DNA of 52,270 bases, from the IMG/VR virus record IMGVR_UViG_3300044616_000326, positions 1 through 52,270 of that record; one strand, given 5' to 3'. The position numbers and the translations under genes were made by a program. The notes under the pieces are model-generated. The model was not told the DNA's origin. It saw nothing but the letters and a program-made list of their open reading frames with translations, and did no database searches. Position 1 is the first letter of the stretch. Every line of letters starts with the position of its first letter. Below, one piece after another: positions 1-10,385 of this stretch. The DNA comes from a virus (taxonomy: Duplodnaviria; Caudoviricetes).

Positions 1-2
1 GT

Positions 3-2564
3 ATTAATAACTTAAAAAGATCTGATACAGTAGTATTAAGAACAAAGACCGGTCCTTATGCAGTACCAGGGTTTACTGATGGTGTAGATGATGGACCAAA
101 GTATATTGTTACTCCTGGAGGAACTTACTATGACCAGTCATTAGTTACCTTATCTTATTATGATAATAACTCTTCAGGACAAGGTAATCAATGGGGTAAT
201 GCAGTACAACCTAATTTTAAAAATAGCATTGATACTCCATTCTCATTACCTATTGCGAGTCATTATGGTGCAATTAAAATTAGAAAAAGAAATCAATACG
301 GCCAGTTACAATCTATAAAACAAATTGCAATTACACCATGTGAACAAAAACTATCTGATCCTTATTATTCTTCACATATTTATACTGAAAATTATGTGTG
401 TCCAACAGGAGATACATACAAGATTAAGAAGATAACATATACGCCAGTATTTTTTGGTGGTGATACTTTTGTAAATAGATATACAGAAAAGAATACAATG
501 TTCTTTTTCTATGATTGGTTGTATAGTCAACCAGATGGATTTGAGTTTAATTATTTGCTAAGACAAATGATACCAGAACCTAGATTCTGGGTTAACTCAA
601 ATGAATATGACTTTGCAGAATTTACAGATATTTTTCAAAGTATATTTAGTTCTCAAACTTTACCTCCTGGTACAGGTTGGAAACCAACCAATTTCTATAA
701 TATGGATTGTGAAAACTATGATTATAGAGATGATCAAATTGGAAACTATCCTGGATTATTTAGACCAAAAGATTGTTACTTTTATATTACAGCATCTTCT
801 GTAAGAGATTTCTTTGTTGAATCAGAAGTACTTGTAGATTTTAGAATTCAAGGTATTACAGATGCTGAGAAGCATTATGATCCATATAGATACACTGATC
901 TTGAATCAATGTTTAATACAGATCCTCAGATTATAACTAGAGGTAATGAGTATAGATATGATTACTCACTTAGTATTACTAAAGCCTTTAGTCAATATTT
1001 TTCTGCCGGTAATTTACAAAGCAGGTATTATAATCCACTTGTTGCACAACTTTGCTACACTTATTACCCAGATAGAATTATCTATTCATTACCACAACAA
1101 CAAGAATCTTTTAAAGATAGTTGGTCTATATACTTAGTAAATAACTATAAAGAGTTTACATCTCAGATTAGTGGTATTAAAACAGTTAATAAGAATGGTA
1201 TCATAATTACATTTAAGAATGATAGTCCAATAATGTATCAGGGTGTAGATACTTTGCAAACTGATTTAGGTACAAAAATTACTATCGGAGATGGTGGATT
1301 ATTTAGTCAACCAGAACAATCAGTAGTTAATGCAGATAGATCTTATGAATATGGATCATCTCAAAATAGATTATCTGTACTTTCATCACCTGCAGGTATT
1401 TATTATATCTCACAAAATCAAGCTAAGGTATTTGCATTCGGTCAAGGATTAAAAGAGATTTCTCAGATTGGACTTAAATGGTGGTTTACTAATTTCTTAC
1501 CGTATAAGTTAACAGAGGATTTTCCAGAATATCCATATCAAGATAATCCAGTTTCTGGTATTGGTTGTCAATCATTATATGATAATGAGAATACTATAAT
1601 TTATTTTAGTAAAAAAGACTACAAACTTAAACCAGAATGGATAGGGCAAGTAATATATGTTCCATTAATTACTTTTGGTAAAAGAAAAGGTTTCGGAGAT
1701 TATTTTCAGATTGTAAATTCTGATGGTACTATTCAACCAGCACAATATCAACTAGGTGATCCTATATTATTTGAAGATGCTTCTTGGACATTAAGTTTTG
1801 ACCCTAAGAATGAGTTATGGATTTCATTCCATGACTGGCATCCTGATCTTTCAATTCCAACTAAAAATACTTTCCTTACAACTAAAGGAAATACTATTTG
1901 GAAACATAATGCATTATGTAATAGTTTTTGTAATTACTATGGAATACAATATCCATTTGAAGTAGAACTGCCAATTACAACAGGCCAGACAATTACTACA
2001 ATGAAGTCTGTTGAATATATACTTGAATGTTATAGAAGAAAATCATTTAATTGTGTAGATCAGTTCCATGTACTTGATTATAACTTTGATAAGGCAGTTG
2101 TATATAACTCAGAACAAGTATCTGGATTCTTGAATCTTAATATATTTCCAAAGAATAATGTTACTTTGAGTCAAGAGTATCCTAAGTTAAATCAATCTAA
2201 CTTATCTTCATTTGATATTTTATTTAGTAAAGAAGAAAATAAGTATAGATTTAATCAGTTCTGGGATATTACAAAAGACCGTGGTGAATTCCCTAATGGA
2301 TCAGACTATCCACCAACAGGACCCGTTGTGCCTGGAACAACAGTATTACAAGGTAACTATGATGAAAACATTATTTGGAATACTGCATCTAATGGTTATA
2401 TAAGACAATTGAATTCAACTAATTTAGATTATAACAAACCACAGTTGCAAAGAAAGAAATTTAGACATTACTTAAATTACTTAACTTTGATTAGAGAGGA
2501 TAGTTCAGATACTAACATGATATTAAAACTTGTAAATACTAAAAATCAAATATCTCTTAGATAA
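3..2564 (+). CDS. 5'-truncated virion tail protein (stabilization/muzzle-like, beta-rich)
   Basis: The frame of ORF 396..2564 stays open back to the window edge (position 3: ATT AAT AAC...), so GTG at 396 is not the true start. The protein is aromatic- and beta-rich with a WISFHDWHP motif. It lies immediately upstream of the cargo/vRNAP block, where crAss-like phages place the tail stabilization/muzzle gene. Confidence 0.5.
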   Translation: MNNLKRSDTVVLRTKTGPYAVPGFTDGVDDGPKYIVTPGGTYYDQSLVTLSYYDNNSSGQGNQWGNAVQPNFKNSIDTPFSLPIASHYGAIKIRKRNQYGQLQSIKQIAITPCEQKLSDPYYSSHIYTENYVCPTGDTYKIKKITYTPVFFGGDTFVNRYTEKNTMFFFYDWLYSQPDGFEFNYLLRQMIPEPRFWVNSNEYDFAEFTDIFQSIFSSQTLPPGTGWKPTNFYNMDCENYDYRDDQIGNYPGLFRPKDCYFYITASSVRDFFVESEVLVDFRIQGITDAEKHYDPYRYTDLESMFNTDPQIITRGNEYRYDYSLSITKAFSQYFSAGNLQSRYYNPLVAQLCYTYYPDRIIYSLPQQQESFKDSWSIYLVNNYKEFTSQISGIKTVNKNGIIITFKNDSPIMYQGVDTLQTDLGTKITIGDGGLFSQPEQSVVNADRSYEYGSSQNRLSVLSSPAGIYYISQNQAKVFAFGQGLKEISQIGLKWWFTNFLPYKLTEDFPEYPYQDNPVSGIGCQSLYDNENTIIYFSKKDYKLKPEWIGQVIYVPLITFGKRKGFGDYFQIVNSDGTIQPAQYQLGDPILFEDASWTLSFDPKNELWISFHDWHPDLSIPTKNTFLTTKGNTIWKHNALCNSFCNYYGIQYPFEVELPITTGQTITTMKSVEYILECYRRKSFNCVDQFHVLDYNFDKAVVYNSEQVSGFLNLNIFPKNNVTLSQEYPKLNQSNLSSFDILFSKEENKYRFNQFWDITKDRGEFPNGSDYPPTGPVVPGTTVLQGNYDENIIWNTASNGYIRQLNSTNLDYNKPQLQRKKFRHYLNYLTLIREDSSDTNMILKLVNTKNQISLR

Positions 2565-5500
2565 TGAGAAAGTTAAAACTAGGTAAGTCTAAGATTGCTG
2601 GTAAAGGTTTATTTACTACAGCAGAATTTGCTCAGGGTGAAATGATTGGGTTGGCACATGAAAATGACCAACCCACTACTTTTATTGGTAAGTACCATAA
2701 TCACTCTGATGAACCAAATGCTGAAAGTGTAAAGCTAGGAGATAAAAGATATCTGATGGCTAAAAGACCACTTAAGAAGGGAGAAGAGATTACAACTAAT
2801 TATAGACTTCAACCAGAACTTGAGCAACCTGAAGATTTTGCAAAAGGAGGACTTGTAAAGATGCCAAAGCCTAGTAAGAAGGGTCTAGCATCTAAAAAGT
2901 TTTCTAAGAGCTTAGATGCAACAAATAAGTTATTTACGGAAAACTATTTATTTGAGAAACCTAAATCTAGAAAAAGAAAAGTATTTGATCCAAATGCAAA
3001 GTATTATCAGAATGGTGGAATAACAACACCTGAAGATTATGATCAGTTTAAAACATTTGCAGAAACTCTTCCTTCTAATTTACAAGATCCAAATTTTGAA
3101 TATGGTAACCCAGATCAATATGATTTATATGGGATGTGGGAAACTGTAGGTAAGCCAGCTTCATTTGCTAATGTTCAAGATTCTGAGTATTTCCCATTAG
3201 ATGAAGATGGAACATATCACGGATTTACAGTTGGTAGTGATGGTACACTTTTAAAACCAATGAGTCATAGCACTACTTGGAAAGAAGTAATGAACTCTCA
3301 ATTAAGTACTGACCCATTCTTTCAGCAAAATACTCTTATTAGAAATGAACAAGGCAGATTGCAATATATTCCAAAAGCTGAATATGGTATGCCTATGGGT
3401 GCTGGTATGTCTCAAAACTATCAAGGTAGAAAAAGATTTATTCATCAAGATGGTGGTATAATTTCACAAGAAGAAATGGATGCTGCTAACAATGCTATGA
3501 TGAAAGCAAGATTAGCATATGCAAATATGCATGGTAATCCTGCGGCTCAAAGAATGGTTGTTGCACCAGACCAACCATATGATTTTGGTGACGGTGTCAC
3601 AGGTACTCATTATATGGCATCTATGGATAACTATGCTGTACCTCAGATACAAGATATTAATGGTCAACTCATGTTAGGAGATTATGGTCCTGACTCTGCA
3701 GAAGCTATAAGATTTGATAATCCTGAAGATGCAATGTACTTTGCAGAACATTACAAAGAAATTACTCCTGATGCATCTTATAGACAAGAAGAGTATGCAG
3801 TAGGTGGTGTAGCATTTCCTATGGATCTTGATCCAAAGACAATGAAAAAATATAAAGAAGCTCTTAAGCTTCAAGAAAATTCAATTAAGTCTGGATATAA
3901 GAAATCAGAAGATAAATGGTATCCACATAAAAGTCCTGAAGGTGGAGCTGATACTATTGGATATGGTCATAAACTTTTAGGAGCAGATGCTAGTAAATAT
4001 TATAAAGGAATAAGTTCAGCAGATGCTGATAAATTACTTGAGTCAGATATATTAAAACATCAATCTATTGCTGAAAAAATAGTAGACCAGAAATATGGTA
4101 AAGGTACTTTTGACGGTTTACCACAAGATTCTCAAATGCTCCTTGTAGACTATGCTTATAATGGTGTATTAAACAAGTTTCCAACATTTATGGGGGCTGT
4201 TGTTCAAGGTGATAAAAATACTATGCTTAAAGAATATGAAAGATCTGGAGCTGGTGGTTTATTAAAAGAAAGAAATGCATGGACAAAAGATACTATTCTT
4301 GAAGGAGATTTTAATACTCCATCTAGTTTACCTGGAAAAGGTCCTCAACAAGTATCATTAAATAGCAATAAAGATAAATGGGGTAGAAGTCCAAATACAA
4401 TATGGTATGGATTTAATCCTGATACAAAACAATATGAACAAGAAGGCTTAGATTGGGAACAGTATGGTGATCCTGGACCAGGTATTGAAGGACCCGGAGC
4501 AGGTGCTTATGTAACTCCTGGTGAAAGATTAGAAACATATCGAAAAAATAATCTTAAAAAACAACAAGAGGGTGGAGATATTATTTCTCAACAAGGATGG
4601 GATTATATAAAAGAAGGTGACAAATACTTAACAAGAAAAACTGGTACTCAAGATTGGATAGAAGCCCAAGGCAGACCACTACAAGCTATTAAACAAAGCA
4701 TATATCAAGAGGCGCCAGTTGTAACACCAGTTGTATCTGAATCTACTACACCAACAACTCAACCTGTAATAGGAGATCCAAAAGTTTTAGAAATACAGAA
4801 AAAACTAAAAGATGCTGGATATGATCTTGGAAAATATGGTCCTAATAAAGATGGTATTGATGGTATAATGGGTAATACAACTAAGTTGGCTTATGATGCT
4901 TACAAAGCAAATATCCCACCTAATGAAGTTAAAGTACCTAAGAAAACTACTAAACCTACAATTAACTATACAGTTAATAGAGATCTTCCAGATGGATATC
5001 TTCCCGTAATACAGCCAGGTCAAGAAGCATGTGTAGAAGGTAAGGGTTGCTCATTTAATGTTAATGTTAAAATGGGTGACTTATTAGGAAATATTGCTGA
5101 TGGACCATTATGGGCAAATGATGCTTGGTTTAATAAATCTGATATACTAAATAAGGGCGGTGATTTAATTTATGATAGTAATTCTAAAATCTATAATGAA
5201 ATGGGTAAGGTTCCAAAAGAAGTTTACTCAAAACTGCAAGTCGGAGATTATGTACAATTAAATAGAACAGATACTGCATCAAGTGGTAAGTTTGCTGCTC
5301 AAACAAAAGAAGGACTTCAGAATGAACAGATTGAACACTTAGGCTTTGTTGTAGGTAAAGACAAAGATGGTACTCCATTAATTTGGCATGGTTCAGAAAC
5401 TGGTAAAGCATTTATTAAAAGAATAGATGAGCCAATTACTTTAGATGATCATGATAAAAATATCTTTACATACAAGGTATCTTCAATTGTAAGATCTCCT

Positions 5501-6730
5501 AATCTTAAAGATGTAGACTTTTCTGGTCTACAAAATTCTCCATACTATACTCCTGTTGATCCTAACAAAAAGTTAGTTCCTAAAAAAGGAGCTACTGAAA
5601 CACAAGTAGAAGCAACTAAATCATTTAACAATGCTGTAGGACAATTTAAAAACCTAGGTTATTCCCAAGATGATACTAACTATGTTGGTCAACTTCTTAT
5701 TGGTGGTATCATGCAAAATGAAACTAAAGGTAATACAGATTGGAAAACTGTTCCTAAAGAAGCAGCTGCAACGGTTTGGAAAAACTATTTAGGTCAAGGT
5801 AATTTTGAAGGTGATGAAGCCAGTATTGGTGTTTATCAAATGAAACCTAACTATAATTTTAAAAACCAAGATGGTGGTTTAAATCCTTTAGGTAAAAAGT
5901 TACAAAAACTTGGAGTTAATGTAGATGACATTACAAATGATAATATACAAGCACAAACTATAGCTGGTACACTTATATTACTTGATAATTATAAAAAGTT
6001 AAAAGAAGATCCAGACTTTGATCCTAAAACTAATTTATATAAAGAAAAAATTCCTGCATCTTATATCTTAGCTAAATCATGGCAAGCAGGAGCTGGTTGG
6101 GAATCAAGAGAAAAATACAAGAAATTTTTAAATGATCTTGATATTGACTATAGTGATAATGCATTACAGTCTGCTGTGTGGAATATTGATGTTACAGATG
6201 GTAAATCTGTTAATTCAGAATTGACACAAATAAAAACTAATCAAGATATTATAAATGAAAAAAAGCAACAAGAGGCAGCTAAAAAACAAATGGCTATTAA
6301 ACAACAAGAACTTGCTGTAAGAGCAGACACTGTAAGAAAGTTTCCTACTATTGCTGAGTCAACTGCTGTAAATACAAATTATACACAGAGAGGTCCTAAA
6401 CCTTTTGATGTTGCTTCATATACACAACAGGGCCCTACTAAAACTATTTATACATATTCTGGAAGACCTGGAGCAATGTATAAGAAAGATAGTAGAGGAA
6501 ACTGGTATATTAATCTTGGAACTAAAACAGGAAATCAATTTGTTAAAATACAAGATCCAGATGGTAGTAGAACGGCTTTATTGAATAAAGGAGCTGTACC
6601 ATCAGTACCAAAAGGAAATCTTCCCTCTGTACCAAGAACATTTAAAAATGGTGGTATATACATGGAACTTTCAGATTCTGAAATTGAAGAGTTTAGAAGA
6701 GGTGGTTATATCATTGAGGATCTGGATTAA
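2564..6730 (+). CDS. Modular virion cargo-like protein: SET domain + GH24 lysozyme + PG-binding + CHAP/NlpC-P60-like + SLT-like domains
   Basis: SET motifs GKGLF / NHSDEPN / GEEITTNY (aa 1-85). Lysozyme E..TIGYGH..LVDYAYN. PG_binding_1-like VLEIQKKL..AGY..DGIDGIMGNTT. Cys..His pair GCS..LQVGDYV..EHLGFV. SLT-like IMQNET..SIGVYQ..KSWQAG. The start overlaps the upstream stop (TAATG). Confidence 0.75.
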   Translation: MRKLKLGKSKIAGKGLFTTAEFAQGEMIGLAHENDQPTTFIGKYHNHSDEPNAESVKLGDKRYLMAKRPLKKGEEITTNYRLQPELEQPEDFAKGGLVKMPKPSKKGLASKKFSKSLDATNKLFTENYLFEKPKSRKRKVFDPNAKYYQNGGITTPEDYDQFKTFAETLPSNLQDPNFEYGNPDQYDLYGMWETVGKPASFANVQDSEYFPLDEDGTYHGFTVGSDGTLLKPMSHSTTWKEVMNSQLSTDPFFQQNTLIRNEQGRLQYIPKAEYGMPMGAGMSQNYQGRKRFIHQDGGIISQEEMDAANNAMMKARLAYANMHGNPAAQRMVVAPDQPYDFGDGVTGTHYMASMDNYAVPQIQDINGQLMLGDYGPDSAEAIRFDNPEDAMYFAEHYKEITPDASYRQEEYAVGGVAFPMDLDPKTMKKYKEALKLQENSIKSGYKKSEDKWYPHKSPEGGADTIGYGHKLLGADASKYYKGISSADADKLLESDILKHQSIAEKIVDQKYGKGTFDGLPQDSQMLLVDYAYNGVLNKFPTFMGAVVQGDKNTMLKEYERSGAGGLLKERNAWTKDTILEGDFNTPSSLPGKGPQQVSLNSNKDKWGRSPNTIWYGFNPDTKQYEQEGLDWEQYGDPGPGIEGPGAGAYVTPGERLETYRKNNLKKQQEGGDIISQQGWDYIKEGDKYLTRKTGTQDWIEAQGRPLQAIKQSIYQEAPVVTPVVSESTTPTTQPVIGDPKVLEIQKKLKDAGYDLGKYGPNKDGIDGIMGNTTKLAYDAYKANIPPNEVKVPKKTTKPTINYTVNRDLPDGYLPVIQPGQEACVEGKGCSFNVNVKMGDLLGNIADGPLWANDAWFNKSDILNKGGDLIYDSNSKIYNEMGKVPKEVYSKLQVGDYVQLNRTDTASSGKFAAQTKEGLQNEQIEHLGFVVGKDKDGTPLIWHGSETGKAFIKRIDEPITLDDHDKNIFTYKVSSIVRSPNLKDVDFSGLQNSPYYTPVDPNKKLVPKKGATETQVEATKSFNNAVGQFKNLGYSQDDTNYVGQLLIGGIMQNETKGNTDWKTVPKEAAATVWKNYLGQGNFEGDEASIGVYQMKPNYNFKNQDGGLNPLGKKLQKLGVNVDDITNDNIQAQTIAGTLILLDNYKKLKEDPDFDPKTNLYKEKIPASYILAKSWQAGAGWESREKYKKFLNDLDIDYSDNALQSAVWNIDVTDGKSVNSELTQIKTNQDIINEKKQQEAAKKQMAIKQQELAVRADTVRKFPTIAESTAVNTNYTQRGPKPFDVASYTQQGPTKTIYTYSGRPGAMYKKDSRGNWYINLGTKTGNQFVKIQDPDGSRTALLNKGAVPSVPKGNLPSVPRTFKNGGIYMELSDSEIEEFRRGGYIIEDLD

Positions 6731-6740
6731 ACCTATAAAG

Positions 6741-6772
6741 TTTAAGGCTTAAAATAAAATTTATTATATTTA
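6741..6772 (+). promoter_or_regulatory. Putative promoter TTTA-N20-TATATTTA
   Basis: TTTA at 6741-44 and TATATTTA at 6765-72 lie in the intergenic gap. The same geometry occurs at 12532-63 and 42898-929(-). It resembles the Bacteroidota -33 TTTG / -7 TAnnTTTG promoter. Confidence 0.55.
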
Positions 6773-6788
6773 GTATATACCCAACATA

Positions 6789-9700
6789 ATGAAAAAAAGA
6801 GTCAAAGTATATAAAGCAGAAGATGGTCAAGGTGCTTACAGAAGCAACCTTTCTAAGTTTTTGCAAAAAGCTCAAATGGGAGGTCAACCATCTATGGAAC
6901 AAATGAGTTATCCTGGTGATCAACAACCTAAAGAAATGGATGAAAACCAAGTAATCAATATGATTGCTATGGATATAACTGGAGGAAAACCAAAGGAAGA
7001 AACTATGGCTAAACTTACTAATATTGTAGGTTTAGACTTTCAGACAGCTGATCAATTTTTTGAAAGTGTTAGGGAACAACTTAATTCTAGAAAGACTGAA
7101 GTAGAAGAAGAGTCTGTAGAAGAAGAGTCAACTCCAGCAGATCCTTCTGGTAATCAACAAGCCGTTGAGAAAGAAGAAGATGAGGAAGAGGAAGAAGGCC
7201 CATCTAATAATGATATTGCTTATCAAGATGCTTTAAATGATGACTCTGATGAAGCCATTATGGAAGGTGATGTTGAAGGTATGTATCAAATGGGTGGTGA
7301 TGTAAGTGAAGACTTTGGTGATGAGTATTCAGTTACTCTTCCTGATGTGTCTGCTTACTTACCTATGGATATGTATAGCTTTTGGGATCCAACTAATCCA
7401 GCTGCTCAAGTGGCTTGGAATCAAGGTATGTATGTTAATCCGGTTCAACAAGAAGTAGATAGTTCATATACTGAAATGCCCGATGAACCAATGGCTAGAT
7501 ATGGTGGTGATTATAATAAAGTAAAGAAAACTTATGTCAATGCTATACTAAAAGCTAATAGAAGACAGATGGGCGGTGATGCTATATCTGAAGAATCAAA
7601 TGCAGATAGTACAGGTCAAAATTATAGAACAGCAAAACTTAAAGGTTTTGTAGGTACACTTAAAAATAATGCTACTGAATCTTTATTAAGAGAACAAGCA
7701 GCACAAGAGTTTGATCAAATGATGCAAATGGGAGGACAAGAACAAAATCTTGAAAATCCCATATTAGGACAAGAACAAGATATTGAAAATCCTATGCATC
7801 ATTTAGAAGCTTTGTCAAACGCTACTAGTAATATTTTTAATGAAGAAATGAATCAAGTTGCTACAGCACAACGTGGTGGCTTTATGCAAAGATTAAGAGA
7901 AAGAAATCAACAACAAATTCCTAATCAAGGATTTATGCAACGTAGAGGTTTTATGAATCCTATGATGCCAATTGAATCTATTGATGTAAGAAAATCTGGT
8001 TGGTTATTTGGTAAACCAAAAGAATACTCAGTTACATTTGGTCCTCCTACACTACCTGGTGGTGCTAATGGTGCATATCCAGGAGCTTTTTATGGTTATG
8101 GCGCAGGTTATCCTATGATACCTGGTACAACACAAAAGAAAATTGTAACTACAAAAGGAACAATTATTAATGAGGCTGCTAAAACAGTTAATCAAGAAGC
8201 CTCAAAAGAAGTAGCACAAGCAACACCTGGATCAGAGGCAACTCAAAAATCTGCTGAGGGTACTAAACAAACTGAAGGTACAGTAACTACTAATACTGGT
8301 GGTGGAGATAATCCTACAACAACTACTACAACAACTAATCAAATAGTTAACCCTGTAGTAAAACCTAAACCTGTAGTTAAAACTGATAGTTGGGGTAGAC
8401 CTGAAGGAGATGAATGGTTTGGATATGATCCTCAAAAAAAGAGATACACAGAAGGTCCAAAGTTTCAACCACTAGTACGTACCAGTGTTAATGTAACTCC
8501 TGGTTTAAGTAATGTACAACAGGGAGTTAGTAGTTATGTAGCACCAAAGTCAAGAGAAGAAGCTATAGCAACTAATCAACAATATTTTCAGAATCAAAGA
8601 GCTAATTGGTTACAACCACAAGGAATGCTTGTAGATGTAAATGCTAATCCTGTTGGTAGAATTACACAAGAAGATAAACAACAAGCTAAAAAACAAGTTG
8701 AGATTAAAAAAGAAGTTGATAAAGTTAAAAAAGGAGATACAAGTAATTTAACTGAAACTCAAATAAAAGCTTTAAGACTTACGTATGGACAACCAGGTAA
8801 GAAAGCTGCGCTTAAAAAATCTAATCCTAGTCTTTATAAAACATTATTTGCACAAGAAGAAGGTGGTATTGTAGATTTTAATCAGTTACAGAATATGGAT
8901 TATCTACAAAGATTTATATATGGAGGAAATGAAGATCCATCACTTTCATATATTAATCAAGCAGATATGGATTACTCTAATTCTAAGGATGTAACTGATC
9001 CTTACTTTCAGTATGGTGGTGTAAATGAAATTACAGGTATTAGAAATGCTCAAGGTCAACAACTACAAAATTATGTAAGACCAGACGGTACTTATATAAA
9101 AGACATTACTGTAAATAAAACAGGAATGTTTGGTAGACCTAAGCAGTATAGTGTTACTTATAGTTCTCCTTATGATCAAAGAACTCCTCAGTTTTCTTTA
9201 AATACTCCTGCAGATAAACCAGAACCTACACCACAAGCATCTACAACTAATAGTTCTGTAAGAACTGATACTACTGGTTTAAGTGGTCGTGCTGCTAGAG
9301 ATATTAGACGTGGAGAAAGAAGATCTGAAAGACAAGTTGCTAGAGGTGAAAAAAGATTTGGTACTGCAGAAGAACAAGCTCAAGCATATGAGAGAACAAA
9401 TCCAATGGAGACATTACCTTTAAGAAATGCACAATCAGAATTAAATAAAATTTTAAATACAGGTCCCCAACGAATTTCTACTATAGATGAAATTAGAAAT
9501 CAAGTTAATATGGACTATGTTCCAGCACGTGCAAAGTATGATTATATTTTTGGTAAAGGAGAAACTAAACCAAGATATACTAAATGGTATGATCAAAGTG
9601 GCAAAATAAATGATCAAACAGGTACTAGGTGGGATGCAATGGATATAGAACCAGGTCAAGAACAATACGATTCAAGATTTGACTGGCTTTTAAGAGATCA

Positions 9701-10376
9701 AAATCTTAAATATATAAGTCCGGAACAAGCATCATATTATGATATTTCTAATACTTATCAAAATGGAGGTCCATTTGTAGGAGCTAATCCTGTAGTATAC
9801 ACAGATAATCCTGCACTTGTTGGTCAATCAGATGTAGATATGATTACTTTAAATCCAGGCATCCAAGGTCAAGGTCAAACTAATTGGGCTGACTTAAATA
9901 ATAACAAAGGATTTAATCTACAACAACCTACTCAGTATACTGTAGATCCGGCACAAAGAGAAGACTATCAAGTAGCTAAAACTTTTAATCCTGGTGAAGT
10001 TACTGTAGATGTAAGAAATAGATTATCTAATGACCAGTTACAAGCAGGAATGAATCTTGCTAATGCAGGTATTAGAGGGATTACAGGTTTTAAAAATAGA
10101 ATGGATGATGCTAGAATTGCTAGAGACTTCTATGATAACTTTACTGCTGATAATCTTTATGCATCAGATCCAAGCCGTGATAGAGGAGACTATTCAGAAT
10201 CTGGATTATATAGACCAGATGAGCAAGGTCAAACTTGGTATGGTAGATCTAAACAATATGGCGGTGGTATAAACTTTGGAGAAGATCCTGACTATGTAGA
10301 AGGAGATGAAGTTTATATGACCGATGATGAAATCAGACAATATATGGCCAATGGTGGTCAAGTTGAATATCTTTAA
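6789..10376 (+). CDS. Low-complexity virion cargo-like protein with about 12 x-Q/A-x-GG motifs
   Basis: 1195-aa ORF, Q/E/G/M-rich, with no recognisable enzyme motif. Recurring AQMGG, YQMGG, ARYGG, RQMGG, MQMGG, AQRGG, FQYGG, YQNGG and KQYGG. Confidence 0.6.
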   Translation: MKKRVKVYKAEDGQGAYRSNLSKFLQKAQMGGQPSMEQMSYPGDQQPKEMDENQVINMIAMDITGGKPKEETMAKLTNIVGLDFQTADQFFESVREQLNSRKTEVEEESVEEESTPADPSGNQQAVEKEEDEEEEEGPSNNDIAYQDALNDDSDEAIMEGDVEGMYQMGGDVSEDFGDEYSVTLPDVSAYLPMDMYSFWDPTNPAAQVAWNQGMYVNPVQQEVDSSYTEMPDEPMARYGGDYNKVKKTYVNAILKANRRQMGGDAISEESNADSTGQNYRTAKLKGFVGTLKNNATESLLREQAAQEFDQMMQMGGQEQNLENPILGQEQDIENPMHHLEALSNATSNIFNEEMNQVATAQRGGFMQRLRERNQQQIPNQGFMQRRGFMNPMMPIESIDVRKSGWLFGKPKEYSVTFGPPTLPGGANGAYPGAFYGYGAGYPMIPGTTQKKIVTTKGTIINEAAKTVNQEASKEVAQATPGSEATQKSAEGTKQTEGTVTTNTGGGDNPTTTTTTTNQIVNPVVKPKPVVKTDSWGRPEGDEWFGYDPQKKRYTEGPKFQPLVRTSVNVTPGLSNVQQGVSSYVAPKSREEAIATNQQYFQNQRANWLQPQGMLVDVNANPVGRITQEDKQQAKKQVEIKKEVDKVKKGDTSNLTETQIKALRLTYGQPGKKAALKKSNPSLYKTLFAQEEGGIVDFNQLQNMDYLQRFIYGGNEDPSLSYINQADMDYSNSKDVTDPYFQYGGVNEITGIRNAQGQQLQNYVRPDGTYIKDITVNKTGMFGRPKQYSVTYSSPYDQRTPQFSLNTPADKPEPTPQASTTNSSVRTDTTGLSGRAARDIRRGERRSERQVARGEKRFGTAEEQAQAYERTNPMETLPLRNAQSELNKILNTGPQRISTIDEIRNQVNMDYVPARAKYDYIFGKGETKPRYTKWYDQSGKINDQTGTRWDAMDIEPGQEQYDSRFDWLLRDQNLKYISPEQASYYDISNTYQNGGPFVGANPVVYTDNPALVGQSDVDMITLNPGIQGQGQTNWADLNNNKGFNLQQPTQYTVDPAQREDYQVAKTFNPGEVTVDVRNRLSNDQLQAGMNLANAGIRGITGFKNRMDDARIARDFYDNFTADNLYASDPSRDRGDYSESGLYRPDEQGQTWYGRSKQYGGGINFGEDPDYVEGDEVYMTDDEIRQYMANGGQVEYL
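7734..7796 (+). repeat. Imperfect 33-bp in-frame tandem duplication (GQEQNLENPIL / GQEQDIENPM)
   Basis: ggacaagaacaaaatcttgaaaatccc... is followed by ggacaagaacaagatattgaaaatcct... Confidence 0.8.
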
Positions 10377-10381
10377 CTTTG
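10374..10381 (+). promoter_or_regulatory. Possible Bacteroidota -7 element TAACTTTG
   Basis: Exact TAnnTTTG match 4 nt before ATG 10386, overlapping the upstream stop codon. No clear -33 element. Confidence 0.3.
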
Positions 10382-10385
10382 TAAT

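Noticed and set aside
396-398. GTG start for the first ORF
   Set aside because: The frame is open to the window edge, so the gene begins upstream.
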